A stretch of DNA of 64,000 nucleotides from an uncultured delta proteobacterium (GCA_963706575.1 CAVPNL010000006.1:800001-864000), one strand, 5' to 3'; numbered from the stretch's first letter, positions 42,844 through 52,873 are shown. The notes: generated from the sequence alone by a model not told the origin. Numbers and translations: made by a program.

Positions 42844-42950
42844 ATATAGATCTAAAACTTTCAAATTGAATTAAATCACGATTTTTGGCAACCTTAACCT
42901 TTTTGGTATTCAACAATCATTGATAATCCATAACCGGAAAGGGTTTAAGA

Positions 42951-43754
42951 ATGGAAAACAAGATTCGAATCGGGGCTCTTATTTCAGGGGGCGGATCAAA
43001 CCTGCAGGCCATTATTGATTCATGCGAAAATGGCAAAATTAACGCAGAACTGGCGTTTGTTGGATCCGATAACCCCCGGGCTGATGGCCTTAAGAGAACC
43101 GCAAATTACAAAATCCCATCATTTGTCGTTGATTATGCTTCGATAATTAGCAAGTTTAAAGCGGGCCCATCGCGGGCACAGCTGCCGGGTGATTTTGACT
43201 ATGATGATATTCTTGCCAAACAATCCCTTGCCCGGGGGCAGGATGATTCCGAAAAAATTAAATTCTTTTTATTCACCCGGGCGATTGCTGAGGAAAAGCT
43301 GCTAACTGAAATAGAACATTATCCCTTTGACCTGCTGGTGTTAGCGGGATTTATGAGAAATTTGACGCCCTATTTTATTGATCGGGTAAACCGGGATCGT
43401 AAAACTCCTCGAATCATGAACATTCATCCGGCATTGCTTCCTGCATTTCCCGGCGTAGATGGATACGGCGATACGTTCCGTTACGGTTGCAAGGTCGCTG
43501 GGTGTACGGTGCATTTTATCGATTACGGTGAAGACACCGGACCGATAATCGGGCAGCGGGCCTTTCCCATTACCCCTGGCGATACCATTGATTCCATCCG
43601 CAAAAGAGGTTTAAAACTGGAATGGGAGCTTTATCCGGAATGCATCCGGATGTTTGCGGAGGGCCGCTTAAAAACGGTTAAAAAGATATTTACCCTGGGT
43701 AGTGGAAAAAAGGTGCAACGCACCATCGTTGAGATTTTACCGCCGGCTAAGTAA
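42951..43754 (+). CDS. purN: Phosphoribosylglycinamide formyltransferase
   Basis: ISGGGSNLQAI, VLAGFMR, NIHPALLPAFPG, GCTVHF and DTGPII. Confidence 0.9.
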   Translation: MENKIRIGALISGGGSNLQAIIDSCENGKINAELAFVGSDNPRADGLKRTANYKIPSFVVDYASIISKFKAGPSRAQLPGDFDYDDILAKQSLARGQDDSEKIKFFLFTRAIAEEKLLTEIEHYPFDLLVLAGFMRNLTPYFIDRVNRDRKTPRIMNIHPALLPAFPGVDGYGDTFRYGCKVAGCTVHFIDYGEDTGPIIGQRAFPITPGDTIDSIRKRGLKLEWELYPECIRMFAEGRLKTVKKIFTLGSGKKVQRTIVEILPPAK

Positions 43755-43771
43755 TCTGTTTGTCGTCACCA

Positions 43772-43942
43772 GATTTCAGTGTTCAGGTGTCAGGTGTCAA
43801 AAACTGTGAACCGCAGAATATCGAATATCGAATGTAGAATGTCGAAGGCTAACAATTATTCGTCATTCGAAATTCCTGCCCATAGGTCACGTCTTTAGCG
43901 TGATTCGATGTTCGATATTCAAAAACGAATAACAAATAACAT
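43772..43942. repeat. Composite heptamer arrays (GGTGTCA; AATATCG / CGATATT; AATAAC)
   Basis: ttcagtgttcaggtgtcaggtgtca; aatatcgaatatcgaatgtagaatgtcgaa ... ttcgatgttcgatattc. Confidence 0.7.
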
Positions 43943-43944
43943 CC

Positions 43945-44712
43945 CTATAGGTAGGATCTGGCACCCACATAGCGGGTTCTGAAATATTTACTGGATAGGG
44001 AAGATGTTTTAATGCGACTGCCTCTGCGCGGAGCGTGCAAAAATTTATTTTCGCCCGTATAGATACCGACATGCGAAACTCGGTTGCCGCCCCTTGTTGC
44101 AAAAAACACCAGATCGCCTTTTTGTAACCGGCTGCGATCAATCGGTCTTCCGACTTTCCATTGTTGTCTGGATGAGCGCGGCAGGTCCAATCCGTTAAGG
44201 CGATAGACAACCATTGTCAATCCGCTGCAATCAAACCCGGTCCGGGGTGATTCGCCGCCCCAGCGATACGGCACGCCGACATACTGCCCTGCGGTTCTAA
44301 TGATTTCTTCCCTGAGCCGCACATCCCCATTGCGGGAGTCTGCTGCATACGCATGCGGCTCAACGATATAAAAACCATCGATAATACCCCTGCGTTGCAG
44401 ATCAAGTGCTCGGCTGCGGGCGGCCTGTTTGCTTCTGAAGTTTTCAAACCGTACTTTATACAGCCCCGAGCTGTGAAGAAAATGATAGGCATCCAGGCCC
44501 TGTCGTTCCAGTGACGCCGTCAGGCGCACCGCATTATTGATATTTGAGAAGGCGCCCACCTGGATGGTATAGCGCATGCGCAGCAGAACAGATCCTCTTG
44601 CCGCCGAAGAATCATCGGATCGGATGACCGACTCACCACCACATCCGACCAATAGAAGGAGACATGCGGAGATGAGTGCGAATATTGCGTTAAGAGATGT
44701 TCGATGGTTCAT
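43945..44712 (-). CDS. SPOR + NlpC/P60 peptidoglycan endopeptidase lipoprotein
   Basis: Lipobox LVGC, YTIQVGAF (SPOR), PYRWGG, GFDCSG, GDLVFF and HVGIY. Confidence 0.92.
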   Translation of the reverse strand: MNHRTSLNAIFALISACLLLLVGCGGESVIRSDDSSAARGSVLLRMRYTIQVGAFSNINNAVRLTASLERQGLDAYHFLHSSGLYKVRFENFRSKQAARSRALDLQRRGIIDGFYIVEPHAYAADSRNGDVRLREEIIRTAGQYVGVPYRWGGESPRTGFDCSGLTMVVYRLNGLDLPRSSRQQWKVGRPIDRSRLQKGDLVFFATRGGNRVSHVGIYTGENKFLHAPRRGSRIKTSSLSSKYFRTRYVGARSYL

Positions 44713-44723
44713 CTTAAATAACT

Positions 44724-44947
44724 TCCGGTTCAAGGGTTCAGGGTTCTGGGTTCAGAGGTTGGATAACAGAAAGTAGAGGCCGTAGGATTTAGTTAAATAG
44801 TTGATTAGTTGAATGGTTAATTCGTCAGAGGATTCAACCCAATCTAAACTATTTGACCATTCAACCAATTAACGAATCAACTAAACTAACGGGTGAGCGA
44901 CTAAAGGGAAGAACCCCTGAACCTTTGAACCCTTGAACCCTGAAACC
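44724..44947. repeat. Nested periodic inverted arrays (outer GGTTCAG / TGAACC, inner AGTTGAnT / AnTCAACT)
   Basis: Outer arms 44724-44760 and 44912-44947; inner arms 44791-44822 and 44847-44890. Confidence 0.75.
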
Positions 44948-44953
44948 TGCTTC

Positions 44954-46126
44954 TTATGAGGCTCCCAGCAGTACTTTGACAATAACCGGGAAGGCGATAA
45001 AGGTTCCCAGAGAGCTTCCGAGATTCGTAAAAACCACCACCAGCAGAATGCGTGTGACATTATTTTTCCAAAACCCCCGAACAGACTGGATATCTTCCGG
45101 CAGTCGCTCCAAATCCCTTACTTTGGGCTTTCGCGAAAAAGCCTCCACCAGCCCCGATACCCACCCGGCAGCGATCATGGGGTTCAGGGAAGTCAACGGT
45201 GCCGCCACAATGGATGATATAATCGTGGCTGGGTGGGCCAACGCGATGATTGCCCCCACTCCGGCTAAAATGCCATTGGCTAAAATCCACCAGATGATCA
45301 TGTCGGTGCCTGCCTCTTTACCGCCGTAAAAAAATCCGGCAATAAACAGCACAACGATTGCCACGGGGATCAACCATTTGAGAATCCCAATGGATTTGCC
45401 TTTGGGGGGAAGTTGCTCAAGTGCCCGGGTGTCGATGTCGCTATTCCAGTATTTTTGGATGCCAGGAACATGGCCGGCGCCCACTACGGCCACGATCCTG
45501 TTGCCGGGTGCCGTCCGAATTTTTTCAGCCAGATACTGGTCCCGTTCATCAATGAGGATGGACTTCAAAGCCGGGAGTGATTTGCCGACTTCAGCCAGCA
45601 GGGTTTCCAGAACGTCCTGCTGTTTCATCTTTTCAATATCTTCTTCTTTGATTTCATCAAGTTGCCCCAAAGACAGCGTCAATTGAAAGATCAGTTTAAT
45701 TTTGCTCCAAAATCCCATTACGCGCCAGGTCCTGGAAAGGGTGGTACGGATCTCCCGGTCGGCAAGATGAATTTGGGCGCCCGTGGATTCAGCGGTATTT
45801 ATGGCCGTTATCATTTCCTCGCCAGGCTGAACATCAAACTGTTTTGCAATTCGTTTTTGAAATGATGCCAGCAAAAGATTCGACAGGAGCAAAAATGATT
45901 TTTTTTCCTTGATCACTTTGACGATATCGGTATCCTGCCATCGATCCTTTTGTTGGATAGCCTGGAATCGGGGTTGGCAGAGTTCGACACAGACGGTATC
46001 CGGCTTTTCCTCCTCAATTACCGATTGTACCAGCCGGGCGCTCTCTTTTGAAACGTGAGCCGTCCCGACCAGGATGATTTCTTTTTCGTTAAACTTGAGG
46101 TGGGTCAAATTAGGGTTGTTTGCCAT
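44954..46126 (-). CDS. TraB/PrgY/GumN family protein with C-terminal TM segments
   Basis: LVGTAHVS, VCVELC, PGEEM, LIDERD, VVGAGH and APLTSLNP. Confidence 0.9.
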   Translation of the reverse strand: MANNPNLTHLKFNEKEIILVGTAHVSKESARLVQSVIEEEKPDTVCVELCQPRFQAIQQKDRWQDTDIVKVIKEKKSFLLLSNLLLASFQKRIAKQFDVQPGEEMITAINTAESTGAQIHLADREIRTTLSRTWRVMGFWSKIKLIFQLTLSLGQLDEIKEEDIEKMKQQDVLETLLAEVGKSLPALKSILIDERDQYLAEKIRTAPGNRIVAVVGAGHVPGIQKYWNSDIDTRALEQLPPKGKSIGILKWLIPVAIVVLFIAGFFYGGKEAGTDMIIWWILANGILAGVGAIIALAHPATIISSIVAAPLTSLNPMIAAGWVSGLVEAFSRKPKVRDLERLPEDIQSVRGFWKNNVTRILLVVVFTNLGSSLGTFIAFPVIVKVLLGAS

Positions 46127-46277
46127 GGGTATCCAGTATATATTGCGGTCAGCACCGTTTGCCAATTCTGTTGATGATAAACCTGACTATAGTATATTAC
46201 ACCCGGCAAGGCAACAACCCTGCAGTTTTTCAACGATCAGCTGACCGAGCAATCAGCATCGCATTGGAAATTCTACC

Positions 46278-46709
46278 ATGATGATTTATGATGATATTTT
46301 TTCCTGGGAAGGATGGGGCGGTCAGCTGCGCCTGGCAAGCGGTGAATGCCGGTTGCGCATATTTGATCTTCAAAAGAAAAAAATCGGCGGCCCGGCTCAT
46401 CTTAGACCGATTATCGTTTTGGTTTCAGATGTTCCGGAAAGTCGAATGTCGGTACGCAGTTGCACCGGCCATATTGCCACCAATGTCACCCGGAGGTTTA
46501 AAATCGAACCGGACCGGATGCTGTACATCGAATACTATCCCGAAACAGCATATGGCGAAAATAACGAACATATCATTCCTGAAAAATATGACGTTGTGGA
46601 TTTTACCTGGCATGAAGGTCGGGCCATTGAGCCCAAATGGCGGGCGCTCAAGCCACCGCTGCTGGATGTGATAAAGGAGATTGTAAAAGCGCAATCAGCG
46701 CCAGGATAA
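46278..46709 (+). CDS. Hypothetical protein
   Basis: 143-aa ORF filling the intergenic space; Trp/Gly-rich pattern; no recognised family. Confidence 0.65.
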   Translation: MMIYDDIFSWEGWGGQLRLASGECRLRIFDLQKKKIGGPAHLRPIIVLVSDVPESRMSVRSCTGHIATNVTRRFKIEPDRMLYIEYYPETAYGENNEHIIPEKYDVVDFTWHEGRAIEPKWRALKPPLLDVIKEIVKAQSAPG

Positions 46710-46816
46710 ATCAGTGCATCGGAAAAAGCGCAAAGATCACCGTACTCCAGACGAAATGTGAGATGTAGGGACATGGCCGGCTGGCCAGAAACCAGTAGCG
46801 GTATAAATTCATTGTT

Positions 46817-47350
46817 TTATTGACTCTGGGCTTCGAGGGCTTCGACTTCTTTTGCGGCGGATCTGGCATCCTCTTGTGCCTGTCGGGCATTTTCGGCCAC
46901 TTCAGCTGCGCGGGCTTGAGCGGCTTCCGCCTGGTCAAAGGCCCTTCTTATCCGCTTTTTGAACTTTTTTCTTTTATCTTTGGTTTTGCCATATAGGTCA
47001 TAAGTTCGCATGGCATTTTCGTATGCTTCAGCGGCTTTTTGGCCGGCTTCCTGTGCCTCTTGATCGGCTTCTGCGGCCCTTTTTGCAGCCGCATCGGCTT
47101 GCCGGCGAACTGATTCCGTGTGCGTTTGATCTTGCCGGATGCTTTGTTGTCGTTTTAACTTCTGAATTTCTACGACGGCCTTTTCCTGATACTCTAAGGT
47201 ATCTTTAACTTTGGATTTTGGAGGCGGCGGGGTATCGGTAACATGCAAGTTTCCGTTTTCATCCGTCCAGGTATAGACCTGCCCGGCCATTAAACCGGAA
47301 CTTAGAAAGCCGGTCAGCAGGATGCCGATGATGATCGCCAAGAATTTCAT
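46817..47350 (-). CDS. DUF4124 domain secreted protein with coiled-coil tail
   Basis: Signal peptide then VYTWTDENGNLHVTDTPPP; GGAGG RBS. Confidence 0.85.
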   Translation of the reverse strand: MKFLAIIIGILLTGFLSSGLMAGQVYTWTDENGNLHVTDTPPPPKSKVKDTLEYQEKAVVEIQKLKRQQSIRQDQTHTESVRRQADAAAKRAAEADQEAQEAGQKAAEAYENAMRTYDLYGKTKDKRKKFKKRIRRAFDQAEAAQARAAEVAENARQAQEDARSAAKEVEALEAQSQ

Positions 47351-47475
47351 TTGCCCTCCAGTAAATTTAAGTATATTCTTTATTCCACTTAGTGTCAAAC
47401 CTTCCCGGGCAGCAGATAACTGTCCGGATACACATTGTTTCTTTGCAACCAACCGTTGGCCGTAGGAGGTAAATC

Positions 47476-47934
47476 ATGACACTTGAAATAACCAGTTCGG
47501 CATTTTCGGAAGGCGAAATGATACCGACCCGTTATACCTGTGACGGGCCGGACGTTTCCCCGGATTTAGCATGGAGCGGCGTCCCTGAAACCGCCCATAG
47601 CCTGGCGCTGATTTGTGATGACCCGGATGCGCCCATGGGTACCTGGGTGCACTGGGTGCTGTTTAATATTCCGGCCGGTGCCAGCGGATTGCCGAGCGAG
47701 ATATCGTCCGATGCCACCCTTGAAAACGGCGCGTGCCATGGCACAAATGATTTTGGCAGACTGGGATACGGCGGGCCCTGCCCACCGGGCGGCACCCACC
47801 GGTATTTTTTCAAGCTTTATGCGCTCGACAGCGAACTCAATCTGGCAAGCGGCATTACCAAGGCCCAGTTGATCGAAGCCATGGAAGGTCATGTCCTGGC
47901 CGAAGCGCAGTTGATGGGAAAATACAAACGTTAG
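47476..47934 (+). CDS. YbhB/YbcL (PEBP/RKIP-like) protein
   Basis: YTCDG, DDPDAP, WVHWV, GYGGPCPP and HRYFFKLYALD. Confidence 0.93.
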   Translation: MTLEITSSAFSEGEMIPTRYTCDGPDVSPDLAWSGVPETAHSLALICDDPDAPMGTWVHWVLFNIPAGASGLPSEISSDATLENGACHGTNDFGRLGYGGPCPPGGTHRYFFKLYALDSELNLASGITKAQLIEAMEGHVLAEAQLMGKYKR

Positions 47935-48024
47935 CGCCGGTTTGATGATTTGGGCGATAGATTTTTAGTCGATACAAAAACTAGCATGTCAAATGTTGTT
48001 ATTTATTCGCTAACGTTTGTAGAT

Positions 48025-48215
48025 CGTCCCACCATAGGTAGGACTCGAGGAGCGTTTCACTTTAGGAGCGCTGCGCTTGAGGTGTCAGCTTAATGAAATT
48101 TTCTCGCATATGTGTTTAGCATCCATCTAAAGTTCCGAAGGAACGCTCCTCAAGCCCCGCGGGGGCGCTCCTAAAAGCCCACGGGGCTGCTCCTCGAGGC
48201 CTGAAGGGCCGCTCT
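48025..48215. repeat. REP-like composite repeat (CGTCCC...GGACTCGAGGAGCG family), copy 2
   Basis: Shares direct and inverted blocks with 3506-3652; repeated GCTCCT units separated by short hairpins. Confidence 0.7.
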
Positions 48216-50552
48216 TTACTGATTCCAGAACCTCTGCAGACCATCTGCCAGCTGCCGGGGGTCCCGCACCCAGACCGGATCCCATTCTTCACGCAGCAAG
48301 GATTTATACTGATAGCGGGCATAGCGTTGATCAATTAAGAGCACCACACCGCGGTCCTTTTCCGCCCGGATCACACGGCCGGCAGCCTGCAGCACCCGGT
48401 TTATGCCCGGGTAAAGATAGGCATACTCAAAACCACCGTTCAAAGTACGGGTAAAATATTCCTTGATTAATTCCCTTTCCAGACTGATGCCGGGCAGGCC
48501 CACTCCGACGATCACCGCTCCTACCAGACGGTCACCGATCAGATCGATACCCTCACCAAAAATACCGCCCATCACCGCAAAACCGACCAATGTTTGCGGG
48601 CTGCCATTCGTAAATCGCTGTAAAAACGCTTCTCTTTCAGGTTCCGACATCCCGGAGGTTTGCAGGATGGTTTGAATTTGCGGGTTGCGGTTAGTAAATG
48701 AATGATAGATTTTGCGCATGTATTCATAAGAAGGAAAATACAGTAGATAATTTCCCTTCTTTTGTTCTACCAGGGCGGATATGGCCTGGGATACCTGGGG
48801 TACGGTTTGGTCCCGCTGACGATAGTAGGTCGAAATCTGATCGGAGATAAACAGGCCCAGGTTTTCACCGGGAAAAGGTGAATGCAGAATCAGGTGGCGA
48901 GCCGCGGCGTCACAGCCCAGGATTTTTTTAAAATAATCCATCGGTGTCATGGTGGCCGAAAATAATACGGCTGTCTGACAGCGGCTCAGCGCATTTGTAA
49001 GATGGACCGAAGGATCGATACAGAACAGTTTGAGTTTCAGATTCTTGCCGATTTTTTCATAACAGCTGGTGTAGCATTCATCATATTGGTCGGCAACTCT
49101 GGTAAATCCGGATATTGCAAAATACAGTTCCAGTAAGCTTTCGCGAAACGCTGTTTTGATGTTGTTGGAAAGCCAGCGCTCGGTAATGAAAAGAAATCCT
49201 CGCAGGAGCGGAATCAGGTCATCCGGTAGGGTTGTTTCCGCCAGCGGATTGCCAGATTCTTCACATTTTTTTCTGGCTTTTACGAGCCAGGCGTTGATCC
49301 GCCCCAGACTTTTGAAAATATGCGGCAGCTCATTTTTTAGCTGCCGTCGAACGTCCAAAACCGGTTGTTTGAATATCTCCGCCGAAAACATTTCCCGGGA
49401 GCGGTCGACCAGATTATGGGCTTCATCGATTAAAAAGATATAGTCGCCATTTTCTTCCTGGAAAAATCGACGCAAATATACCCGTGGATCAAAGACGTAA
49501 TTGTAATCACAGATGATGCAGTCGGCCCACAGAGTGAGGTCCAGGGAAAGCTCAAAGGGGCACACGCGATGCGTGCTAGCCGCCTCAACAATCTGTTCGC
49601 GTGTAAAGGCATCCCCGGCAAAGATGGCTTTGACAGCGTCGTTGATGCGGTCATAGTGGCCCCGGGCATATTCACACTCTTCGGGATTGCAGGCACTATC
49701 GGGGCAAAAACAGATTTTGTCCTTCGCAGTCAGGGTGACTGATTTCAATCGGAGGCCTTTGGCTCGCAATTCATCCAGGGCCTTTTCTGCCGCTATCCGT
49801 CCGGTGGTTCGGGCGGTAAGGTAAAAAATCTTTTGACTCACGCTTTCAGCAATGCATTTTACGGCCGGGTAGAGCACGGCGATCGTTTTGCCAATACCGG
49901 TCGCCGCCTCAACTATCAATTGGCTATTATCGCGCATCGCACGGTATGCTTCAACGGCCATTTGGCGCTGACCGGGCCGGTAGGTTGCAAAAGGAAATTT
50001 CAAATCCTGTATGGATTCATCGCGCCTGCGGGACCAGTCGATGACCGTTCCCGCCCATTCCAGATAACGCGCAACGAGATCCTCAAAAAAAGTCTCCAGT
50101 TCTGATATGGCAAAAGAGAGTTGATACTCACGGACTTCGCCGGTATCGATCTGGTAATAGGTCAGCCGGGTTATAATTTCTTCCAGACCCTGCTGGTGCC
50201 CATAAATATAGGCATATGTTTTGACCTGGGCCCAGTGAACCGGTTGCTGATTTTTTTCAAAATAATTCGGATTTCGGGTGGTGGTTTTAATTTCTTCAAT
50301 GATGGTTCGATCCGGTTCGGCATAAACACCGTCAATGCGGCCGCCGATAATGAGGCGAAGTCGATCCGTTTCAACCTGGTGGGAAATCGAAACCTCGGGC
50401 TGATAGGTATCGGGACGTGAATTTTGAATTTTTTGATGTGCCCGGATCGCTTCGACCGGGCGGCTGGAACCCAGGAACTCAAATACCAGGTCTCCTGACC
50501 GGAAAACATGTTCGATGAGTTCCCGCACCGCAATTTTTAGTTCGCTTTTCAA
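48216..50552 (-). CDS. DinG/XPD-family Fe-S DNA helicase with N-terminal PD-(D/E)XK nuclease domain
   Basis: GRIDG...EEIKT...QVKTY nuclease motifs; RPGQ, ATGIGKT, Fe-S Cys (ICFC, CNPEEC, CPFE), DEAH, SAT, FPSY, EGID and QAAGRVIR. Confidence 0.9.
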   Translation of the reverse strand: MKSELKIAVRELIEHVFRSGDLVFEFLGSSRPVEAIRAHQKIQNSRPDTYQPEVSISHQVETDRLRLIIGGRIDGVYAEPDRTIIEEIKTTTRNPNYFEKNQQPVHWAQVKTYAYIYGHQQGLEEIITRLTYYQIDTGEVREYQLSFAISELETFFEDLVARYLEWAGTVIDWSRRRDESIQDLKFPFATYRPGQRQMAVEAYRAMRDNSQLIVEAATGIGKTIAVLYPAVKCIAESVSQKIFYLTARTTGRIAAEKALDELRAKGLRLKSVTLTAKDKICFCPDSACNPEECEYARGHYDRINDAVKAIFAGDAFTREQIVEAASTHRVCPFELSLDLTLWADCIICDYNYVFDPRVYLRRFFQEENGDYIFLIDEAHNLVDRSREMFSAEIFKQPVLDVRRQLKNELPHIFKSLGRINAWLVKARKKCEESGNPLAETTLPDDLIPLLRGFLFITERWLSNNIKTAFRESLLELYFAISGFTRVADQYDECYTSCYEKIGKNLKLKLFCIDPSVHLTNALSRCQTAVLFSATMTPMDYFKKILGCDAAARHLILHSPFPGENLGLFISDQISTYYRQRDQTVPQVSQAISALVEQKKGNYLLYFPSYEYMRKIYHSFTNRNPQIQTILQTSGMSEPEREAFLQRFTNGSPQTLVGFAVMGGIFGEGIDLIGDRLVGAVIVGVGLPGISLERELIKEYFTRTLNGGFEYAYLYPGINRVLQAAGRVIRAEKDRGVVLLIDQRYARYQYKSLLREEWDPVWVRDPRQLADGLQRFWNQ

Positions 50553-50821
50553 TCGATTTCTAACTCAACCCTCGAAAAAAAATTCTCCATTTTTAAAAAT
50601 TTGAAACGCTTAATTTAAATTATCCGATGATGGGATATTAATTTACTCTGTGGGCTTATCTGAAGATTGTCAACAAATCAAGGAAGAATCAATTTAATCT
50701 GGGAAGGAGACTGAAGGGATGTATGGTGTTGCGCCTTCCGGCTTGCGGGTCAAGAGCGAAGGCAAAGAAAACGCGCAACCCGTAACCCGCAACTCGTAAC
50801 TTAAGAGTTTGACAAAGGAAC

Positions 50822-51364
50822 CTATTCCTGAACGACAAAATGGACCCTTCTGTTTTTTGCGCGGGTCTTTTCGTTCCCGCCGGTGTCGACGGGACGCTCC
50901 TTGCCGAAACTGACCGCAATGAGCCGGGACCTGTCGATGCCTTCTTTAATTAAAAATGATTTTACAGCACCGGCGCGCCGATCTCCAAAAGCAATATTGG
51001 TTTCCCTGGAACCGCGTTCATTGGTATGTCCTTCGATAATAACCGAGACATCCGGGTATTTTTTTAGAAATTCAGCTTTGCGATATAAAATCGTACGGGC
51101 TTCCGGCTGCAGACGATAGCTCCCTTTCTGAAAATAGATATCTTCCTGCATCACCTGAGTTTTGGCCGCCAGAAACCGACGCTGCTCGGCTTCTTTTCTT
51201 TGACGCTCTGCCTCCAATTCCTTCTGGCGTTCTAACTCGGCCGTTTCTGTCTCTATTTTCGATTCCTCTTTGACAGTCACCGTTTTTTTTGCGCAGGCTG
51301 ATAAAATAGCCAGACCCGGGATTATCAGTAAGAGAATTAAGCCCGTTTGCAATGTCTTGTGCAT
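50822..51364 (-). CDS. OmpA/Pal-like peptidoglycan-associated lipoprotein
   Basis: Lipobox LSAC, IEGHTNERG, RRAGAVK, SFGKERP and KNRRVHF. Confidence 0.88.
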   Translation of the reverse strand: MHKTLQTGLILLLIIPGLAILSACAKKTVTVKEESKIETETAELERQKELEAERQRKEAEQRRFLAAKTQVMQEDIYFQKGSYRLQPEARTILYRKAEFLKKYPDVSVIIEGHTNERGSRETNIAFGDRRAGAVKSFLIKEGIDRSRLIAVSFGKERPVDTGGNEKTRAKNRRVHFVVQE

Positions 51365-51556
51365 GTTCTTCTCCTTGATATAATCGGCAACTTACCTCTT
51401 CTAATCAAAGTTCTATGATCGTTTTTGCTTCTAAATTACTTAGATTATAGTATAAAAACAGATGAAAGTAAAATATATTCCTTAGCCGTGTGCAGTGGTC
51501 CGTTTGTGCGTTAATTCAAAACGTTCTTAAAAAGGAAAAAAAATTGCAAAAAGCAC

Positions 51557-51597
51557 TTGACACGCCTCTTTTTTCTGTTATAGTTCATGCCATGAAC
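51557..51597 (+). promoter_or_regulatory. Sigma70 promoter of marR overlapped by a palindromic operator
   Basis: TTGACA (51557-62), 16-nt spacer, TGn-TATAGT (51579-84); GTTCATG-C-CATGAAC at 51583-51597. Confidence 0.7.
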
Positions 51598-51618
51598 CAT
51601 ATTGCAAATAGAAATTCA

Positions 51619-52083
51619 ATGGACGATACGGTCGATGTTCCGGAATATCAATTGAAACAATTTCAAGAGCTTATACTTAAATTATTTCAATGCTGCCAGG
51701 AACGGATGCAGTATCAATGCGAGCGTTTCGGTTTACCGGACGCCGAATTCAGGTGCCTGATGCTGTTTGGCGAAGAGCGTTATCTTACGGCCAAAGGAAT
51801 TGCGCTGAAAATGAACGTGGTCAAAAGCCGCGTATCAAAAATTATCGAAGGATTGCTCAAAAAGAAGTTGGTTCAACGCATCAAAGATCCCGAGGACTCC
51901 AGGGTCAGCCTGCTCAGCCTGACATCCCAGGGGCATGAAAAAGTAAATCATATCAATGAATTTCTAAATGATGTCCACCACCAGGCCCTGCTTCAGATCG
52001 CGCCGGACCAGCGCAAAACCGTCCTGACCAACCTGGACATTCTCAAGGCCTCGATGGAAGCGATAAAGGAAATGATGGTGTGA
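51619..52083 (+). CDS. MarR family transcriptional regulator (Cys-rich N-terminus); start could be 51592
   Basis: Winged HTH KGIALKMNVVKSRVSKIIEGL and DPEDSRVSLLSLT. Confidence 0.9.
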   Translation: MDDTVDVPEYQLKQFQELILKLFQCCQERMQYQCERFGLPDAEFRCLMLFGEERYLTAKGIALKMNVVKSRVSKIIEGLLKKKLVQRIKDPEDSRVSLLSLTSQGHEKVNHINEFLNDVHHQALLQIAPDQRKTVLTNLDILKASMEAIKEMMV

Positions 52084-52138
52084 TTTATTTTTCATAGTCG
52101 CTTTAATCGTCAAAAGGAATATATCTTTTAGGAAAAAG

Positions 52139-52153
52139 GTTCATAGTATCAAC
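52139..52153. promoter_or_regulatory. Second candidate MarR operator
   Basis: GTTCAT-agt-ATCAAC has one mismatch to GTTCAT-N3-ATGAAC and lies upstream of the DsrE2-like gene. Confidence 0.55.
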
Positions 52154-52232
52154 TAAATACAACTAAAATGTCATTTAAGTTTCATAATTAACTGGAAAAC
52201 AGGGTTAACACCATAACTAAAGGAGGCAAATT

Positions 52233-52784
52233 ATGGATATGCAAAATATCGAAACCGAATTCACAGAACTTAAATCCCAGCTGGCGGCTCTGGATAAAAA
52301 AATCGCCGAAGACAAGCTTTCAATGGTGGTTTTCAGCGGCGATCTTGACAAAATCATCGCCGCTTTTGTTATTGCCACCGGTGCAGTTGCCATGGGGATG
52401 GACGCCGTCATGTTTTTCACTTTCTGGGGAACCCCGGTTCTCAGAGACGCAAAGAAGAGCGTGGGCGGTAAGGACACATTCGGTAAAATGTTCGGCGCCA
52501 TGCTGCCCAAAGGGCTGGGCCAGGTCAAGCTTTCCCAGATGAATATGGGGGGCATGGGTACGGCCATGATGAAATCTTTGATGAAAAAGAAGAACGTGGC
52601 GTCACTGGAGCAATTTTTGGAAATGGCGGAAGAACTCGGCGTGCGGATCTTTGTCTGTGAAATGTCTATGGATCTGATGGGATTTAAAAGAGAAGAAATG
52701 ATCGATTATAAAAATTTGACGTTTTGCGGGGTTGCTAAATTTTTAGAAGAAGCCGCTAACAGCAAGGTTCAGCTTTTTATTTAG
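52233..52784 (+). CDS. DsrE2-like (DsrE/DsrF/DrsH family) sulfur carrier
   Basis: MVVFSGDLDK, FFTFWG, LSQMNMGGMG and VCEMSMDLMG (conserved Cys). Confidence 0.9.
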   Translation: MDMQNIETEFTELKSQLAALDKKIAEDKLSMVVFSGDLDKIIAAFVIATGAVAMGMDAVMFFTFWGTPVLRDAKKSVGGKDTFGKMFGAMLPKGLGQVKLSQMNMGGMGTAMMKSLMKKKNVASLEQFLEMAEELGVRIFVCEMSMDLMGFKREEMIDYKNLTFCGVAKFLEEAANSKVQLFI

Positions 52785-52873
52785 TAGCGATGCTATTTGA
52801 GTCATTTTTATCCTTTTAGGAAGAATTTTAAAAACCACGAAACCCCCGGTTAATCCGGAATAGGAGGAACAAA

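Noticed and set aside
44954..46126. TraB as a conjugation gene
   Set aside because: It is the TraB/PrgY/GumN family, unrelated to type IV secretion; no transfer genes are nearby.
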